Source: Macrostomum lignano
Lineage: Eukaryota
Direction: 5' to 3'
Assembly (NCBI GenBank): GCA_002269645.1
Contig: NIVC01003724.1
Span: 1-64,000 of the forward strand
DNA: 64,000 nucleotides
Part shown: positions 62,827 to 64,000 of the stretch, one piece after another
Position numbering within the stretch: position 1 is the stretch's first letter
How the letters are laid out: each line of letters begins with the position of its first letter
Notes under the pieces: model-generated
Seen by the model: only the letters and a program-made list of their open reading frames with translations
Told to the model about the DNA's origin: nothing
Database searches by the model: none
Program-made: the position numbers and the translations under genes

Positions 62827-63297
62827 ATGAGCGCAGTTCAGCACCCGGCTCAATCTGCATCGGCGCCATCGCCTCCGCCATCAACGCCGCCGCCACAGCA
62901 GCAGCAGCCAACTCAGCAGCAGCCGACTGTGGCAGTCCCGCTGCCAAGCGGCGGCAATCACAGTGGCAATCACAGCAGCAATCACAGCAGCAACGCTGCC
63001 GGCAGCGGCGCCAGCGGCAGCTCAGAGAGCGACATATACGGCATGCTGGTGGTGCTCGGTTGCAACGGCCATCTGCCAGGCGACAGCGGTGCCGGCCGAC
63101 GGACGTCCCGTCTGCTGCTTCGTCGTCGGCCAAATGGCGGCAACGCGTTGCGGCCAACGAAGAAGCAGTGGCGCGCCACCAGCATCAAGGAGCTGGAGGG
63201 CTGCAGGCCTCAGGCGTCTGTGTCCTATACGCTTGGCCGGAACCAGGGCTTTGTGGTTGTGGAATACGAGCCGGATGCTCAGTGCGATATGTTCCAG
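62827..63297 (+). CDS. PELI: Pellino E3 ubiquitin ligase, first coding exon (start of the FHA region)
   Basis: YGMLVVLGCNG...GRRTSRLLLRRRP...SVSYTLGRNQGFVVVEYEPDAQCDMFQ matches the Pellino N-terminus YGELIVLGYNG...SISYTLSR..TVVVEY..D..DMFQ; CAG|GTGAT donor, phase 0. Confidence 0.9.
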
Positions 63298-63367
63298 GTG
63301 ATGATATTGCTGGTGTTTGGGCTCTTGTTGGCTGGTTTCAGTTTTGGGATGTAAATGTCAATGTTCA

Positions 63368-64000
63368 AGGATGTGAATACCCAAGAATGTGAATACCCAA
63401 GAATGTGAATACCCAAGAATGTGAATACCCAAGAATGTGAATACCCAAGAATGTGAATACCCAAGAATGTGAATACCCAAGGATGTGAATACCCAAGGAT
63501 GTGAATACCCAAGAATGTGAATACCCAAGGATGTGAATACCCAAGAATGTGAATACCCAAGAATGTGAATACCCAAGAATGTGAATACCCAAGGATGTGA
63601 ATACCCAAGAATGTGAATACCCAAGGATGTAAATACTCATGGATGTGAATATTCAAGGATGTGAATACCTAAGGATGTGAATACTCATAGATGTGAATAT
63701 TCAAGGATGTGAATACTCAAGGTCAAGGATGTGAATACCCACGGATGTAAATGCTCATGGATGTGAATATTCAAGGATGTGAATACTCAAGGATGTGAAT
63801 ACCTATGGATGTGAATACTCATGGATGTGAATACCTAAGAATGTGAATACCCAAGGATGTGAATACCCAAGAATGTGAATACCCAAGGATGTAAATACTC
63901 ATGGATGTGAATATTCAAGGATGTGAATACCTAAGGATGTGAATACTCATAGATGTGAATATTCAAGGATGTGAATACTCCAGGTCAAGGATGTGAATAC
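63368..64000. repeat. 16-bp minisatellite GAATGTGAATACCCAA in the Pellino intron
   Basis: Direct reading; runs to the window end. Confidence 0.95.

Overview
Animal nuclear DNA with spliceosomal introns, GC-rich exons and very dense minisatellites; the style suggests a free-living flatworm such as Macrostomum (inference only). Recognisable genes: Ataxin-2 (4 exons, 49035-52694 +), the first coding exon of Pellino (62827-63297 +) and an intronless class A peptide-type GPCR (34196-35563 +). Genes rebuilt by matching splice phases: a small UPF0728/C10orf53-like protein (8565-7053 -, 2 exons), a multi-pass membrane protein spread over about 13-16 kb of minisatellite-filled introns (31411 to about 18135 -), and two orphan genes. 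Mobile DNA: an apparently complete intron-containing Crypton-type tyrosine recombinase element with end repeats (about 9450-11545), a 5'-truncated RTE-like LINE with TSD, a decayed RT+RNase H LINE, a tRNA-derived SINE, and several MITEs with 8-9 bp TSDs. Two AT-rich, CpG-depleted domains (about 38.8-48.6 kb and 59.2-62.7 kb) lie directly upstream of Ataxin-2 and Pellino; paired MITE copies in the first differ mainly by CpG transitions, a footprint of germline 5mC. All homology calls are from memory of the families, not from searches.
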